A stretch of DNA of 64,000 bases from assembly GCA_052426225.1 (NCBI GenBank), contig JBNJNM010000011.1:1550001-1614000 (forward strand), read 5' to 3'. The notes beneath the pieces are model-generated. The model saw only the letters and a list, made by a program, of their open reading frames with translations. It made no database searches and was not told the DNA's origin. Shown here one piece after another: positions 35,957 through 49,969 of the stretch. Source of the stretch: Zancudomyces culisetae HAW-14-8. Its lineage: Eukaryota; Fungi; Kickxellomycota. How positions within the stretch are numbered: the stretch's first letter is position 1; every line of letters starts with the position of its first letter. The translations under genes were made by a program, and so were the position numbers.

Positions 35957-38900
35957 GTAGTTGATAAACGAGAATATAAATCAAAAGCAGATTTCAAGTC
36001 CAAATTAAAAGGTGAATACCATAAAATCATACCAAAAATCGATAACCAAGAAACAGATTCATCAGAATTGTTGTTGTTGTTGTTGTTGTTGTTAGAAACA
36101 ATATATTCAAAATCACCACAAAGAATCGCTTGAATATGTTTAGAAAGACCAAGTTTATTATCATCAAGTTGGGATAATAAAGAACTGGTAGGTTGATCAA
36201 TTCCATAATTTGATAGTTGCGATAGTAATGTTGCTAAATGGAAATTCTTGTTGGAAATTGCATGTCTTACAGCAGATTCTACATTACCATTAGATAAATG
36301 TAAATAATATATCAGCATATCATTCTGATTTTGATTCTGATTTTGATTAAAAGATAATTTAGAACTAGAGTTAAAGTTAGATTTAGTCATCAATTCCATT
36401 CGAATCCAATCAGATACCAAAATCTTTTTATCCTTATCATTATCATTAGTATTATCTTGAAACAAAATCATACACAATTTGAAAATTGAGGAATATGGAT
36501 GAGGTTCAACCATTGAATATAATTGATTGAATGATTTCAAATTGAATGGGTTGTAAGAATCAAGAGAATTTCGTAAAAGAGCGAATTGACAACATATTAA
36601 TTTACCAAATTGTAAATCAGTTTTGGATCTGAATTTTGAATTGGATTTTGAATTGGATTTTGAATTGGATTTTGAATTGGAATTGGAATTGATTGAATAA
36701 ACAGAATCAATACATACATGATTTGTTTTTGTTTTTGATGTTGCTTTTGATGTTTTTGTTGTGGTCGAATCAATAGTATAAACAATAGAGTTGTTTGGAC
36801 CAAAACAGACAGGTCGAAACCTGACGACGACGCCGCCGCTAAACCGATGAGATGGTTGTGATTTAACGGCGGCACTGTGAAAACCCTGCTGTTGCTCTTC
36901 TTTTTCCTCTTTTTCTTCTTCTTGTTGTTCTTGTTCATCAATTAATCCATAAGTGGAAAAGTGTTCAACTTTAAACACCCAGGTACCTTCAATAAAATCT
37001 ACAAATTCAGTTGAAGGAACACGTCGCAATCGCCTCACATGACTACGCACTCGTGAATCTTCCATATCAGTCACCATTGCTGCAGTCGCTTTATCTTGTG
37101 GCCAACAGTTCTCCAGCGATATGACGGCAGGAACATTCAACCCCTTTCCACGCTCAGGCTTGGCATTTTCGTCGGGATACACAGTACATACCCGATCTTC
37201 AAATGTAATAATCTGTCCAGGAATTGCTGAAAGTGCTCCAACACTGCTCAGATCCACTGGTTTCAAGAACCGCACTTGTCCAACTCCATATTTACCACAC
37301 ATGAATCCACTAACTGCCTGAAGACTCTCGGGTGGCATGTCGCGTAGTTCTTCAAGTGTTGGAACTGTCCAATAATCGTCATTTCCACTTCCACTTTCAC
37401 ATTCGCCTTGATTTGTTGCTGTTGTGGATTGTTGTTTTTGTTGAGTAGAAGTAGTAGCAGTAGTAGCAGTAGTAATAGCAGTAGTATTATTAGTAGCAGT
37501 AATATCTTTATCTTTAGCCAATTTAATTTTTGGAAATGTATTTTGGTTATCAAATACTTGTTTTTCTCTTTCTCTTTCTCTTTCTCTTTCTCCTTGTTTT
37601 TCTTCTTCTGTTGTTGTTGTTGTTGTTCTAGTTGGTAAAGATAATTTAGATTTTGGAGTTAATGTAGTCAATGAAAAATCAGGAACATACGAAGTAGAAT
37701 ATTTAGGTTTAGGAGTAAATTTAAAATCACAAGTCGGATTAGTACCCAATTGTATAGGAGAAGATAAAGTTGTTCGAGGCAAACTCATATGCGCCGAATG
37801 TTTTCCAAGCAAAGTTCTGGATCTATCTATCCGACTCGATGACACTTGTGGTGTACCAAAGACTAGTGCAGGAATAGGTTTCTTCTTTTCAAGTGTAGCT
37901 GCCATAAGCTTTTGTGTTTCACTCGATTGTTGAGATTGAACTGGTACGGCTTGCAATCCTCCACCTGCCACTTTTGAATTGGATAACAACAAAGACGTTC
38001 CTAACGGTTGGTTAGCATCGTTCGAAATTTGTTGACCAGATGTAATGTTTGCTGCCAAACTAAACAATGGGTTGTTTCCAAACGGATTAAGTGTTGCTGA
38101 AGCATAAAGTGGCTGCTGAGCTTGTTGCTGCAATAAAAATTGCTGTTGCTGTTGCTGTTGTTGCTGTTGCTGCTGTTGTTGTTGTTGCTGCATTTGGGAT
38201 AATTGAGGTTGAGTATTTGATCCAAAGAGACTTGATGTTCCACTACCAAACATTCCTCCTGTACCTAATCCCATTCCTGTACCTGTATTCATTCCCATTC
38301 CTGTTCCCATACCCATACCCATACCTGTTCCCATTCCTCCTGTTCCTGTTCCTGATGTTGAAGTGCCAAATAATCCTCCTCCTACAGCTGACTGCGTTTT
38401 ATTAAGTCCTCCAAACAGACTTGATGTCCCCAACCCTGTACTTGTACCTGCTTGTTGTTGTTGCTGTTGCTGTTGTCCTCCAAACATTCCTGTTGTGCCT
38501 GTTCCTGTCCCAAGCCCACCACCTCCAAACATTCCTCCTGTACCTGAACTTGCGCCTAATCCTGTTCCCAATCCTGTTCCTGTACTTGTTGAACCGCCAA
38601 ACAATCCTGTAGATTGTGTTGCTCCTGTTGTACTGCCAAACATCCCTCCTATCGCTGGTTTCTGTCCAAACAGCCCTCCTCCTCCTCCTGCTGCTGTTGA
38701 TTGTGTGTTGGCTGATGTTGATCCAAACATTCCTGTCGATTGCTGCAGTCCTGTTCCCAGCCCTGTTGTTGTTGTTGTTCCTCCAAACAATCCTGTGCCT
38801 GCTGGCTTCTGTCCAAGCCCTGTTGCTCCGCCAAACCCAAACCCTCCTCCTGTTGTACCGCCTGCTGGTGTTGTAGTGCTGCCAAACAATCCACCTGTTG

Positions 38901-40308
38901 AAGCTCTGCCTCCTAACCCTGTCGTTGCTGCTCCAAACCCAGGTGTTGTTGTTGTTGTTCCAAGCCCGAATCCTGTTGGTGTCTTTTTGGCTGCTGATCC
39001 TGCTCCTGCCCCAAACAGCCCTGTTCCCGCTGTTCCTGCTGTGTTTTGTTGTCCAAATCCAAACCCTGTGCTTGCTCCAAATCCTCCCGTCGTACTGCTA
39101 CCAAATCCTCCTGTTCCTCCAAGTGTTGTGCCTGCTGGTTTGGCTCCGAACATTCCACTACCGCTTGTACTACCAAATCCTGATGGCTGTGTTGCTGCCG
39201 CCCCAAATCCTGTTCCAAATCCGCCTCCTGTTGTGCTTGTTCCAAACATCCCTGTACTCCCTGTTGTGTTTGCTCCTGTGTTGCCTGCTGCTGCTCCCGT
39301 CCCCGTTCCTGCCACTCCAAACCCTGTATTGCTTCCAAACCCTCCTGTTGTTGCCCCAAACCCTCCTGTTGTGCCTGTGTTGGCCGCCTGTCCAAAGCCC
39401 AAACTGCTCGTTCCAAATCCTCCCCCAGTCCCCGTGCTGCTTCCAAACATCCCTGTTCGTGCTGGCGATGCTGTTGCTGCTCCTGTTGCCCCAAATCCAA
39501 ATCCTCCTTGTCCTGAAATCCCCCCATCAATTCCATATTTTCGATTTGCCATATAATCCTGCACACGCAGTTCTTCTGGTGACCACCCATTGTATGAATC
39601 CATCGCCGCTACACTCTGCATAAACTCCATCACCCCTGTTGTCGCGTTCTTTTCTTGTTTAGCTGAAAATGGCACCTGTGATGTCCCTGCATTTGATGCT
39701 CCCCCCGCTGTCACTCCAAATGACGCCTGTGTTCCAAATCCTCCCGTCGCGCCACCTCCTGCTGCTGCTCCAAATCCTGTGCTTGTCTTATTTGCTGCAG
39801 ATCCAAACATCCCCCCACTTGTCTGTGTATTACTTCCCCCAAAGAGTCCGCCTCCTCCTGTATTCATTCCAAACCCTCCTGTTCCTCCGGACCCAAACAT
39901 TCCTTGTCCTGTAGTTGCAGAACTGCTGCCAAATCCTGTACTTGTACTTGCTTGCTGTTGTTGCTGTTGTCCGAACCCTCCACTACCAAACCCTGCATTA
40001 CTTGCCCCAAAGCCTGTTCCTCCTGTCGCACCTCCAATTGTATTTGTTGTATTACTTGCCCCAAAGCCTCCTATTTTCAATTATTCCCCCCCCATTAGTA
40101 TTTTTTTTTAATTTAAAAATCTCATCAAAACCATTTTATTCAAAATATAAAACACAATCATTATACACTTACCTCCTAAACCCAGTGAACTCCCAAACAT
40201 TGGCTTTTGTTGTTGAGCCTGTGTGTTTGCCGCTTGATTAAATCCGAAGCCGGTTCCTCCCGTATTTGATCCAAATCCTCCCCCTGCTCCACTACTAGCC
40301 CCAAACAT
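34300..40308 (-). CDS. NUP98: Nucleoporin NUP98-NUP96 precursor (Nup145/Nup189-like), 2 exons
   Basis: Exon 1 is 40308-40173, and intron 40172-40071 (gtaagt..tactaat..tag) joins in frame. Long GFG/GLFG/GMFG region, GLEBS motif SPEELRVQDY, and the autoprotease domain (YGVGQVRFLKPVDL..GKGLNVPAVISLENCWP..FKVEHF|S, cleavage at 36958/36957), then a Nup96-like region (NFHLATLLSQL, SWLSIFGMILWY). Confidence 0.93.
35909..35955. repeat. (AAC/AAT)n coding repeat (poly-Asn) in the Nup96 moiety
   Basis: TTG/TTA triplet run. Similar runs lie near 34795, 35155 (His/Gln), 36068, 36635 (12-bp unit, SNSK) and 38140 (poly-Gln). Confidence 0.9.
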
Positions 40309-41876
40309 CTTTTGTATTCAGTTATTTACTTGTTTATTTGTTTAAAGGTGTAGTAAGAGTGATGATTTTTCTTGTGTTTTATAAATCTATTTTTTTCTCC
40401 AATTTGAATTTTAAAAACAAAAAAAAATGCAAAATTTTCGAAAACGGTCTTTTCGTTATTCTTGAATCTTTTAATTGTTCCAATAAATCTGTGTTTTCTT
40501 GTATTTGATATTCGTTATATTCACAATTTTCGCTCGTCCTCTTTTTTTCTATAGTACCAAGCTTATTACAGATTAACAATTAAAGATGTTTAATCTTGTA
40601 AAAAATAAAAATAAAGTATATTATGTGCCTTGTTACTAAATATTGTTTATTTTTTTATTTTTTTACTTTATTATTTTTTATTTTATTTTTGTTTGTTTGG
40701 GTTTCAATTTAGAAATTTTTTTATACATATTTTTGGCAAATTTTGCAATGAAATCTCGCATTTCGCCAGGTTATTTATTTAATTAATATATTCAGAATTT
40801 ATACAATATAGTAATAAAATAATACTGAACTAAACATAAAAAAAATTTTTTTTTCATAGTTTAGTATTACTTTTATTTAAATGTAAAATTTAATAAAATG
40901 AACAAATACAGTAATTAACACGCATTATTTTCGACTCAATTTATTATTGATTTTTCTTACCAAAAATATATATAAATGCGTAACGAAAATTGCGAATTTC
41001 CCAAATACAAACCTAAATAATTCAATTTCTGCCAACTTTTTTTTTTTTTTTGGATCAGAAATAACATTCCATGTAAATAAAATGTTCATTTGCATTTGCA
41101 TTCTTTTGATCATAAATAAAGTGATTTCCCAGAACGCTTTTGTTCATTCATAAACTGTCATTTTAGCTAATGCAGTAATATACTGCGGAGGTTATAACAT
41201 TTAAAATACACACACATTCATACCTTTAGTTTTACACTATATCCCCCCTTTCTTTTTTCTCTCTCTATCTTTTTGTTTCCTGGTTTGTGTTTTAGATTGG
41301 TTTACTTTTACTTGCAGAAAAATAAAAGAGAACTAGAAATATTTCGCTGTTCATTGTTATTTATTGCAAAAGATCATCCTTGTATTCATATCTCTTTTCA
41401 TCTTGTTTTACGTGATATATTGTCAAAAAGATAAAATATTAAATTAAATTAAATTAAATAGTTAAAACGGGATTTTATATGGATATACCCATTATTCAAT
41501 ATATTTCACGTTTGAACCTGTAAATATATATATATGTATTATTCCCATTACGCGAGTACTTTTATTCTTAACTGCGATCAATATATCCGACATGACTTCT
41601 CATGTTTATTAATTAAAGTATTAAACGTAAAAAGGTACCATTTTTCATCCTGATTTCTATTTAACTCGGGTGAATCTCTCTCCTCCCTCTTTAAAATCAT
41701 AATTCTGCTCATGGTATAAAACATTGAATTGAATATATAACACCCATAATCTGCACTCTTTTCTTTTTTCTTTTCTTTTCATTTTTTTTTTGAGTTTCTA
41801 AAAAAAGCCTTTTGTTAAACTATATCTTTTTATAAACGTTATTAGAGAATATATTGCAAAAACTAAAAAAACAAAA

Positions 41877-42461
41877 ATGAAGCTTGTAGATACAAAAATC
41901 TTGCTATTTCTGTGTATGGCATCTCAGGTACGTTGCTACCTTCAAAAAATAACTCTAACAGAAAGGAATAGTAATGGTTGTAGCGAATACGAACGTCTAT
42001 CTCACGTTGAAAAAGTCATCAATCAGCTTGGGGTGCTCAAAGATTTTGAACATATTCTGGCATATGCAAAAATTCCTTATCGTGCCATTTTCGAAGAAAT
42101 TTACATGGAAATGAATGAGTATATCTTGAGAGAGGTTTGTATTACAAAAAAACAGGTTTCAACTGGGGCTAGAGCATGGATTAAAACTACAGAGCTTAGT
42201 CATGCTCTCCAGCCACAAAAGTCTGGTTGTAGTTATCCATTTTTTACAGAAGCAATAGTCAGTAAATCACAAGAAAGAGATATATTCAAGCCATACATCG
42301 AATACAACGTATGTACAACCGAATCTACTTGCTATATAAATGCCGCTGTTGTCAACTCCGATTTAAAAAAAATAGAAAGCCCTCCCACAATTTCTGGCTG
42401 CACTTTTTCGGTTTATAAGCCACTCTTTGCTATTCCTGCATATTTTCCCTCACAATCTTAG
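41877..42461 (+). CDS. Hypothetical secreted Cys-containing protein (194 aa)
   Basis: Intronless ORF with an A-rich start context, a signal-peptide-like N-terminus (MKLVDTKILLFLCMASQVRC) and 6 further Cys. No family recognised. Confidence 0.65.
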   Translation: MKLVDTKILLFLCMASQVRCYLQKITLTERNSNGCSEYERLSHVEKVINQLGVLKDFEHILAYAKIPYRAIFEEIYMEMNEYILREVCITKKQVSTGARAWIKTTELSHALQPQKSGCSYPFFTEAIVSKSQERDIFKPYIEYNVCTTESTCYINAAVVNSDLKKIESPPTISGCTFSVYKPLFAIPAYFPSQS

Positions 42462-45279
42462 TATTTATAAACGCAGATGGCGTACTCTAAACTTTAGTGG
42501 AATTATATCCTCTCTTATAGAATATTTTCGTTTACAGAAGAAAAAAATTGAAGCGGCTGTATTTTAATGCTAAACTGTAGTTAATTTTAAATAATATTTC
42601 GATAAGTAAAGGGGGTATGTGCACAAGAAACTCGCATCATGCTGTAATAGCTATCATCTATTACTCTTGGAATTTTTTTTCGCAGTTAACGCAAGTATTT
42701 TTGTATGTATTTGATGGTTTTCCAATGAAAAGTTTGTTGTAGAGCTTTGTGGACTCACCTGAAATTTTTTTACCACTCATTGACTGATATATCTACTTAT
42801 TTGTAGTCGTCCTTTGGTCATCCTGTTGGCTTGCTGAATCAAAACACGTTCCATCAGTTTATTCCTAGGACGTGTAACTAGTTCAGAATAGCAATTTTAA
42901 AATCCCCAACTTATTTGGCATCCAATTCTATCGCATAAAATTATGCTCTGTGGAGAGGGGGGGGGGTTGATTCCATTTTCAACCAATGATTTTGCCAATT
43001 TGATGTTTTTCTTCTAGCAAGGCGTATTTTTCAATTAAATATCGCATTTCTCCGTGAAACGTGGATTCATAACCCTTACATATGTGAATGCAATACCACA
43101 TTTCAGCTAATTCAGCATGTTTGAATTTATACACTATTTTAAGACCATAAACCAACATATTCTCATTTACTTTTCAATCCTGACAAAACAAGTGTTTCCA
43201 GAATCTCAAAAATTTTCCTAACTTACTAGTATTTTCCACCAAGGAATTCGTTAGTGTAAAATGGGTTTACATTTATTTCTAGTTAAATGATTAATCTACC
43301 TTGTACTCCCACCCTAATAGTATTTATGTAATACCAAATAGTTATTCAAAGGGTATGTTCAATCTCGTAGCTACTAATTAGATCTATAACCTCGAGTGTC
43401 TCATTTTCTACTCTCATTTTCCACCATGTACCCAAAGCTACGTCACTCAGCTTTAAAATATTTTTGGTTTCACATTTCAGTATATTTTCTGTCAGAGGTA
43501 TCTAAAAAATCAACCATCTTATGAGTATACAGCAGGATATTTTGTATTAGTAGTACATTTATTGCATGAATGGTCCATACATGATGTATTTTTTATATAT
43601 CTTTTTTTCTCAGTATTTCAATTTGCATATACAACATCACACATTACTCTGTAATTTTTAGTCCAATAATCCCCCTCCCCCCCTCTCCCCTGTTTTATAG
43701 TGTATCAAACACAAGAGTTATAAAATATTTCCATTACTCGATGTTCAGATTTAACAATTGAGATTAGATGACGATGTGTTATCAAAATTTAGACCCACTT
43801 TGAGTTTCATCAACTTTAAATCTACTTCTCGAAGACCAGAATTTGGTATTACCTCCAAACATACAACCAACTTTATACTGGGTATTAGTATATCCCTGGA
43901 TTGTAATTGTCAATAATTATCGCTGAATGTTTTATTGTATCTTTGCATAATTCTATATCTTCTGAGTAATCAATTTGTTATTAATGTTGATATTTGTTGA
44001 GAAATAATATATTGACACCTTTCAAAGCCACCAGTTTTTCAGGAATTGCATATGCAGTCTGTGTATCCAAAAAAAACCACTCTCTGTATTACTCTACACG
44101 TTCAAGGTGTCAATCTCTACATTCAACACGTCACCACCTTCAATAAAACATGGTAGTTGCATACACAATTTCACCAATGACGTCAGTTTTTTTTTAGGTT
44201 TACTTACCAACTATTATTGATTGTCAACTCTAATATTCTCACATATCCTTCCTCTTTTAATCCTCTTAAATCCCAGTAACCAGATATTGTATTCAATAAA
44301 AAAAAATCGATTTTTTTGTAAGCTTTATACAACTCTGAGTGAAAATGTGGTTCGCTGTTGATTTTAACACATTTCTCTAATAGGAACAACATATGGTATT
44401 TTGATGACGTTAGGTGTATTGCGTAGCCTTCCTAGCTCAAGTAACTCTGGGTTTCTCGTGTAATCATAAATATTCAAACTAACACGTTAACAGACAGGTT
44501 TTTTATTCTCAAATTTGGGTTTTTTTGAAACCCTTTTCTTTTTTAATTCGAGTTATATTCATCTAGCTAGTGATAAAAAAAATATTACAAGTCAAATAAT
44601 AAACTTCATCAAACTTGAAGTTCATGTATTCTATTTGAGTATTTTTTGGCCGGTTAACTGAAATATATTTTATTCTCAAAATATATTTAAACTTATAAAA
44701 TGAATGTTGATTGTTTGAAATACAGCATCCAAACCAAGATTAATCAATTCATGAAATTGCATTATGAAACTATAAAAATCTACTAGATGTATCTAATCAC
44801 AAGGTATAATTTGTTTTTCCAAACCACATGTACAACTCTGACCTGTACCGTCCAATAAGCAAACCTAATAAAAGCCAACAGAGATGGGATGACCAATTTG
44901 AGTTTGGCGAAGAGCAGGATTTGGGAAACGCTTCTGCATTATCAATAGATGGAGCTTTAGATTATTAGCAAATTCATCTGAAACCAAGAAAAATAATAAA
45001 TTATTGGTTTAAAAGATACCTATTTCTGATTTGGTGTAAATCTCGAATTGCATCCAATCATATCAAATCTCGTTGTTGATTCTTTTAATCTATGCAATAA
45101 CTGGCCATACAAACAAAATTCATAAAATTGCATACAATAGCCAAAAAACTCCGGAAAAGGATATAAAGCCAACAGAATCTGGTACTCGGCACCTCTTCAT
45201 TTTGATCGCATTATTTAAAACACCAACAGAAAGATTAACCCAGAAGGGAGGAAATAAGAGTAATCTAACCTAAAACACA

Positions 45280-48200
45280 ATGAATAGCACAAACAACAGC
45301 AACGGCCTTTTCAACAGCCTTCCAGCAAGTATCCTATCAACCATATTTGTGCTTGCCCAAACCTCACAGCTATCACTCTTGAACAAAAACATGTACTATA
45401 CCTCACAGCAATTGAATACTATTAGCAATTACATGCTTCAATATGTCTTGTATAACACAGTGGGTAACGTTGAGTGGAGGTTGAGAGGCATATTTGAAAG
45501 TTACACCAGAATAAACGTGAATGAAGCTATTGGAATACTGGTGTTGAAAAAAATCAAGAGCTTGGACTACGAAGTAGCTTTAGAATTTGCATTAAGGTAC
45601 AAGTGGAGAAACATACTAAATAGACTACTTAAAATGCATGTGGTGATCGATAGGGACACCTCAATGATTATACATAAGGGTACTCAATTTGTGAACGAAG
45701 GCGAATGCCTGGATATTGACGTCAGCAATTTGTTCACCGAATTTAACGAATCACAAGGAGAACTAAGAGCCATTAAGATGTCTGAGTCTCTTTATATAAT
45801 ACCGCTAGTGGCAACAGAGACATCATTAGTATTATTAGAAAAAGCGGTCTGTAATATAAAAGAAGGTTTAGATATCAAGCTATTTGTAGATGTCTGCAAT
45901 ACTATAGTGGAACTTTCATCAGAAATATTTAGCTCTTTTGAGAAAGAAATCCATCTACTTGACAGCAAATTCATGACAACTTTTGTAGTGTATTGTGCAT
46001 ATAAAAGCTGTGAATCAAATCATATTGAACTACTAAAAATAATTTTGAACTTAAAAATGAACACCAATTTTCTTTTCCACGAGCTAGAAATACTTAGTCA
46101 TGAATTTGGAATGGAAATAACCGAGACGTTGATTCGATTTATTAGGGACAGTGGAAATGAAACTAAAATGGGATTGTTGGTCTATATAGCATGTTCATAT
46201 TATTCAGTTTATTGGGATAGTAAAGGGTTGGTAAAATTCCTTGAAGAGAATTACACCAGTAGTAAACACGTACAGATACTATTTGATGCAGCTATACATC
46301 ATAGAAATGAAAAATTAGTAAAAGAATACATTTTCAGAGTGGAACCAAGCTCGGAAAATAAAAGAAAAATAACAGAAATGGCGTACAGAACTAATAGTGT
46401 CGATCTCATAAGACTCCTTTTAAATAACAGTGATAAGCTGAAGGGAGATCTTGATGAAAATGCTCTGAAAACGGCTATAAAAAATAACGACTACAAACTA
46501 GCAAAAGATATTATTAATAAGTATCCAAATACTGCCAGTATATACTGTTTAGAGGAAGCAGTGAGAGCTGGTGATGTCAGAACTTCCAGATTACTTATAG
46601 AAGCCGGAGTGGATTTATTCTCGCCAGAATTCGAGGGAATCAATATTTCTATAGAGAGTAGAGACTTAGATATGCTCAAATTGTTACTGGAAAATGGCGC
46701 TTCCGTTGAACTAATTGATCAATGTGCTACCGAAAAGCTGTGTAGTATCAAAAATCATGAAATAGCAGAACGTCTATTAGAGCTCTTTGGTAAAAATGAA
46801 GGAAAACTCCAAGCATATGATAAAACCACTATTGGAATGAAACCGAGGTTTGATAAAACTATGCTGTGTCTTATCAAGGTTTGCCAGTCTCATGATCAAT
46901 ATAATCCTGATAATAATGTTGAGTTTAATGAGTTTAATGAACATCTAGATTTATACGAGAAAGTAATGGTGGTTGTTAACTCAAAGAGAAAAGACATATC
47001 TGATGTTTTTCATTCATACTACACGAGTTTTTGCTTTTCAAGTCTAAAAAGCAAGATCTCGGGGGCTTGCTATGATAAATTAGTTGATATTGTTGAATAT
47101 ATTGTTGAAAATGGTCTTCAAACCACATTCAGCGATACGGAACACAAAGAAGCTGGTGGGTTCAGCTATGGAGAGGGTCTAGGAATGTTGAATAATAGAC
47201 ATTACGAGATGGTAAAATTGGAATTGGTGGACCGAAACTTTGAAATGTTAAAACTACTAGTAGAGTATGGAATGAATGTTAATTCGCATGATAGTCTAAT
47301 CTTAAGAACAGCATACAAGGGAGGTGATATCAATTGGATAAATTACTTTATTAGTAAAGGAATAAGATTGGAAGGTGGCTCGGATGGGTTTGACGAGGCA
47401 ATTAGATCAAATAATATTGAGGTATTGGAACACTGGGTAAGAAATGGAGGTGTGATACCCAAGAATCCAGAGTACGAATGTATTAACATGGCCTGTCTAT
47501 TGGGTAACTTTGATATGGTTAAACTTTTGGTTGAAAGTGGAGTTGATTTAAGTGATCCAGAACGGAATGGAGTCAGGATTGCATGTAGATTGGGTCTCAG
47601 AAGAACACTGAAATACCTTTTGGATAATAATGCTGTGGTAGATGGTGTCCCTCATTATCAGTTAGAACATGCATGTATAATTGAGGATGTTAAGTTGATA
47701 AAAATAATTCTTGACTATTATGATGATCTGGGAGTGTTGAAAAAAAGAGACTGTACAAATACGAAAACGAGAAAAACTGAATCGCAAAATGACTCCTGTT
47801 TTGATAATAAAAAAGCTGATGGCTTTGAAGAATACAAGATTACTAAAGCCTTGCTTGAAAGGAGTGAACCCATCCAAAATAGCGATTTGATAGATGGGAT
47901 AAAGGCAGCAGTTGCAATAGCCAATATTGAGATATTGCGGTTACTGCTAACTTACAAGTTCAATCTCAGTGATAGTTCTAAAATACTGAAAATCGCTGTA
48001 CAAGCTGGAAACACTGAGGTGATAAAATTACTTTTCGAAAATGGATGGAATGTTAATGACGAAATTAACGCTCTAGATGTGGCACTCGAAGCAAATAATG
48101 TTGAGATGATAGAACTGTTATTGAAATGTGGTGCAAAAATAAAAAGCAACTCAAGCTTTTTAAGGAGTATCAATCTAGAAGATATCGAGACATTGAAATT

Positions 48201-48701
48201 AATACTGAATAGTTGTCCTGAGATCGGTGGTGCTCCAATCTTACTTTACATCGCCATTGAAAAAGACAATCTAGAGGCGGTTAAACTACTTTTGAAGGAT
48301 ACAGCCACACTTGAGGATAGTGAATTTGATTTTGTCTTCCAGGCATGTAAAATTAATAACCTGGAGATTTTGAAAATACTGTTTGCAAAGGGAGCAAAAA
48401 TAGAAAAAGGATATTTTAGTGGGGAAACTCAAACATGCAGAGATAATAACTTGATATTGTTGAAACTTTTGTTGGAAAAAGATTCAAATTTGGTGCTAAA
48501 ATGTAAGTATGGGTTGAGGGGTGATGTAATCATAAAAACATAAAAATGATCAATTTGTTGATAAAGTATGATGCTGATACAAGTAGGCATATCGAATCAA
48601 TAATGAAGGTTGCAACTGATCTAAATTATGACAGTTTGATTGATTACTGTAGGGTTGAAGATGGAAGAGTTAAAAAGAGCAAAACAGAGATAATGGTGTA
48701 A
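45280..48701 (+). CDS. F-box-like/ankyrin-repeat protein (copy 2) with a frameshift near the C-terminus
   Basis: 1087-aa ORF to 48543 with N-terminal LFNSLPASILSTIFVLAQ and many ankyrin repeats. Similarity to the paralogs continues in another frame after ~48524 (NHKNIKMINLLIKYDADTSRH..) to TAA 48699-48701. Confidence 0.85.
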
Positions 48702-49969
48702 GCATCGTTAATTGGGATTAAAATACTTTTGCTAATCGAATATGAATTAGTGAGATTTGCTTTCAACTTCCCATTCTTTATCCTGCTTTCTCTATTGTCT
48801 TTGATCACTCTCCCTTCCCCTTATCATTTGCTATTACATGGCTGATATAGTAGTAAACAGCCTTCGTTGTTTCTCACCATCAATTTTTGCACTCCTAGCT
48901 TACTAGCAGTTTGAGTATCTTGTCGTTTAAACCTATTTTCATTGCTTGAAATTAATAAAACAGATTACTAGCTCTCATAAAAGTCTATTATATATCGGAT
49001 TAATTCTAAATTCAAGAGTATAAAGATGCCTTAAGGAATATACTACACAGTAGTATAAAATTAAAATGAGTAGCTGTAAATAATTCAATTGAGATCATCA
49101 AAAAGTATTGGAACAGTATCTCCAGATAAAGGAAATAAAGGGAAATACACCAACATTTAATGATGTTAGTTTCTGGTTTCATTCGATATCTTGATATTAT
49201 AAAACGATATAATTCTTTATTAAAACAACCTCGAATAATAAAGAATCACCGAATGAACTTGTGGATGTGTTTAGAAAACGATCAATTCGAGCTATCATGG
49301 TTATTAGAAAGCGTATACTAAATCTATCACGTCGTTTTAACAGTGTCCAAAAGAATAAAATCACTAAAGCTCTTATAAAATAAACTAGAAATCAAACCCA
49401 ATACAAATTATAATCAAGATCTATATAAATAGTCATTTCTATTTATTATGTTTATTAATGTTGACCATACCAAATGCCTCAATTCTAAAGTTACATGAAT
49501 TAAAAACGTAGAAATCTCAAGTTAATTGATAGAGTTGATCTTCTACAAATAATTCTAGCTTTTTTAAACCAGTGTAAAACATTTTTTCCCAAACTGATAG
49601 TAGTAAACATCTGATACTTTACATAACACTTTTGTATAACCGCACATTCCAATACCTCTCATTTTTAAATATTTTGCAGTGGTTCAAGCTTCTAGTAACC
49701 AATTAATATATCAAGCTTTTAGAATCATTAAAACAAGTAGTACAATGTTTCTACAGATTAATAGGGGGAGGGGGAATAGGTTTTATAGACACCCAGAACA
49801 AAAGATATCACCAGCCCATTCGAGATTTTAGCATTTTTACTCAATTCACCTCTGTTAAATATTACACACCATTTATACACCCTATTATTAATACAATTTA
49901 TTTTGTCTATTGCAATTATAATCTAAGATATAAAATAACTGAACAAAACTAATTCTATAGTAGTAAAAT

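Noticed and set aside
36631-36692. Regular 12-bp repeats as a CRISPR-like array
   Set aside because: Head-to-tail coding minisatellite (SNSK) with no spacers and no cas genes, in a eukaryotic context.
38363-40111. Long Pro/Val-rich plus-strand ORFs (397 aa, 241 aa, 173 aa)
   Set aside because: Antisense shadows of the Gly-rich FG repeats of NUP98. The low-complexity codons simply lack stops.
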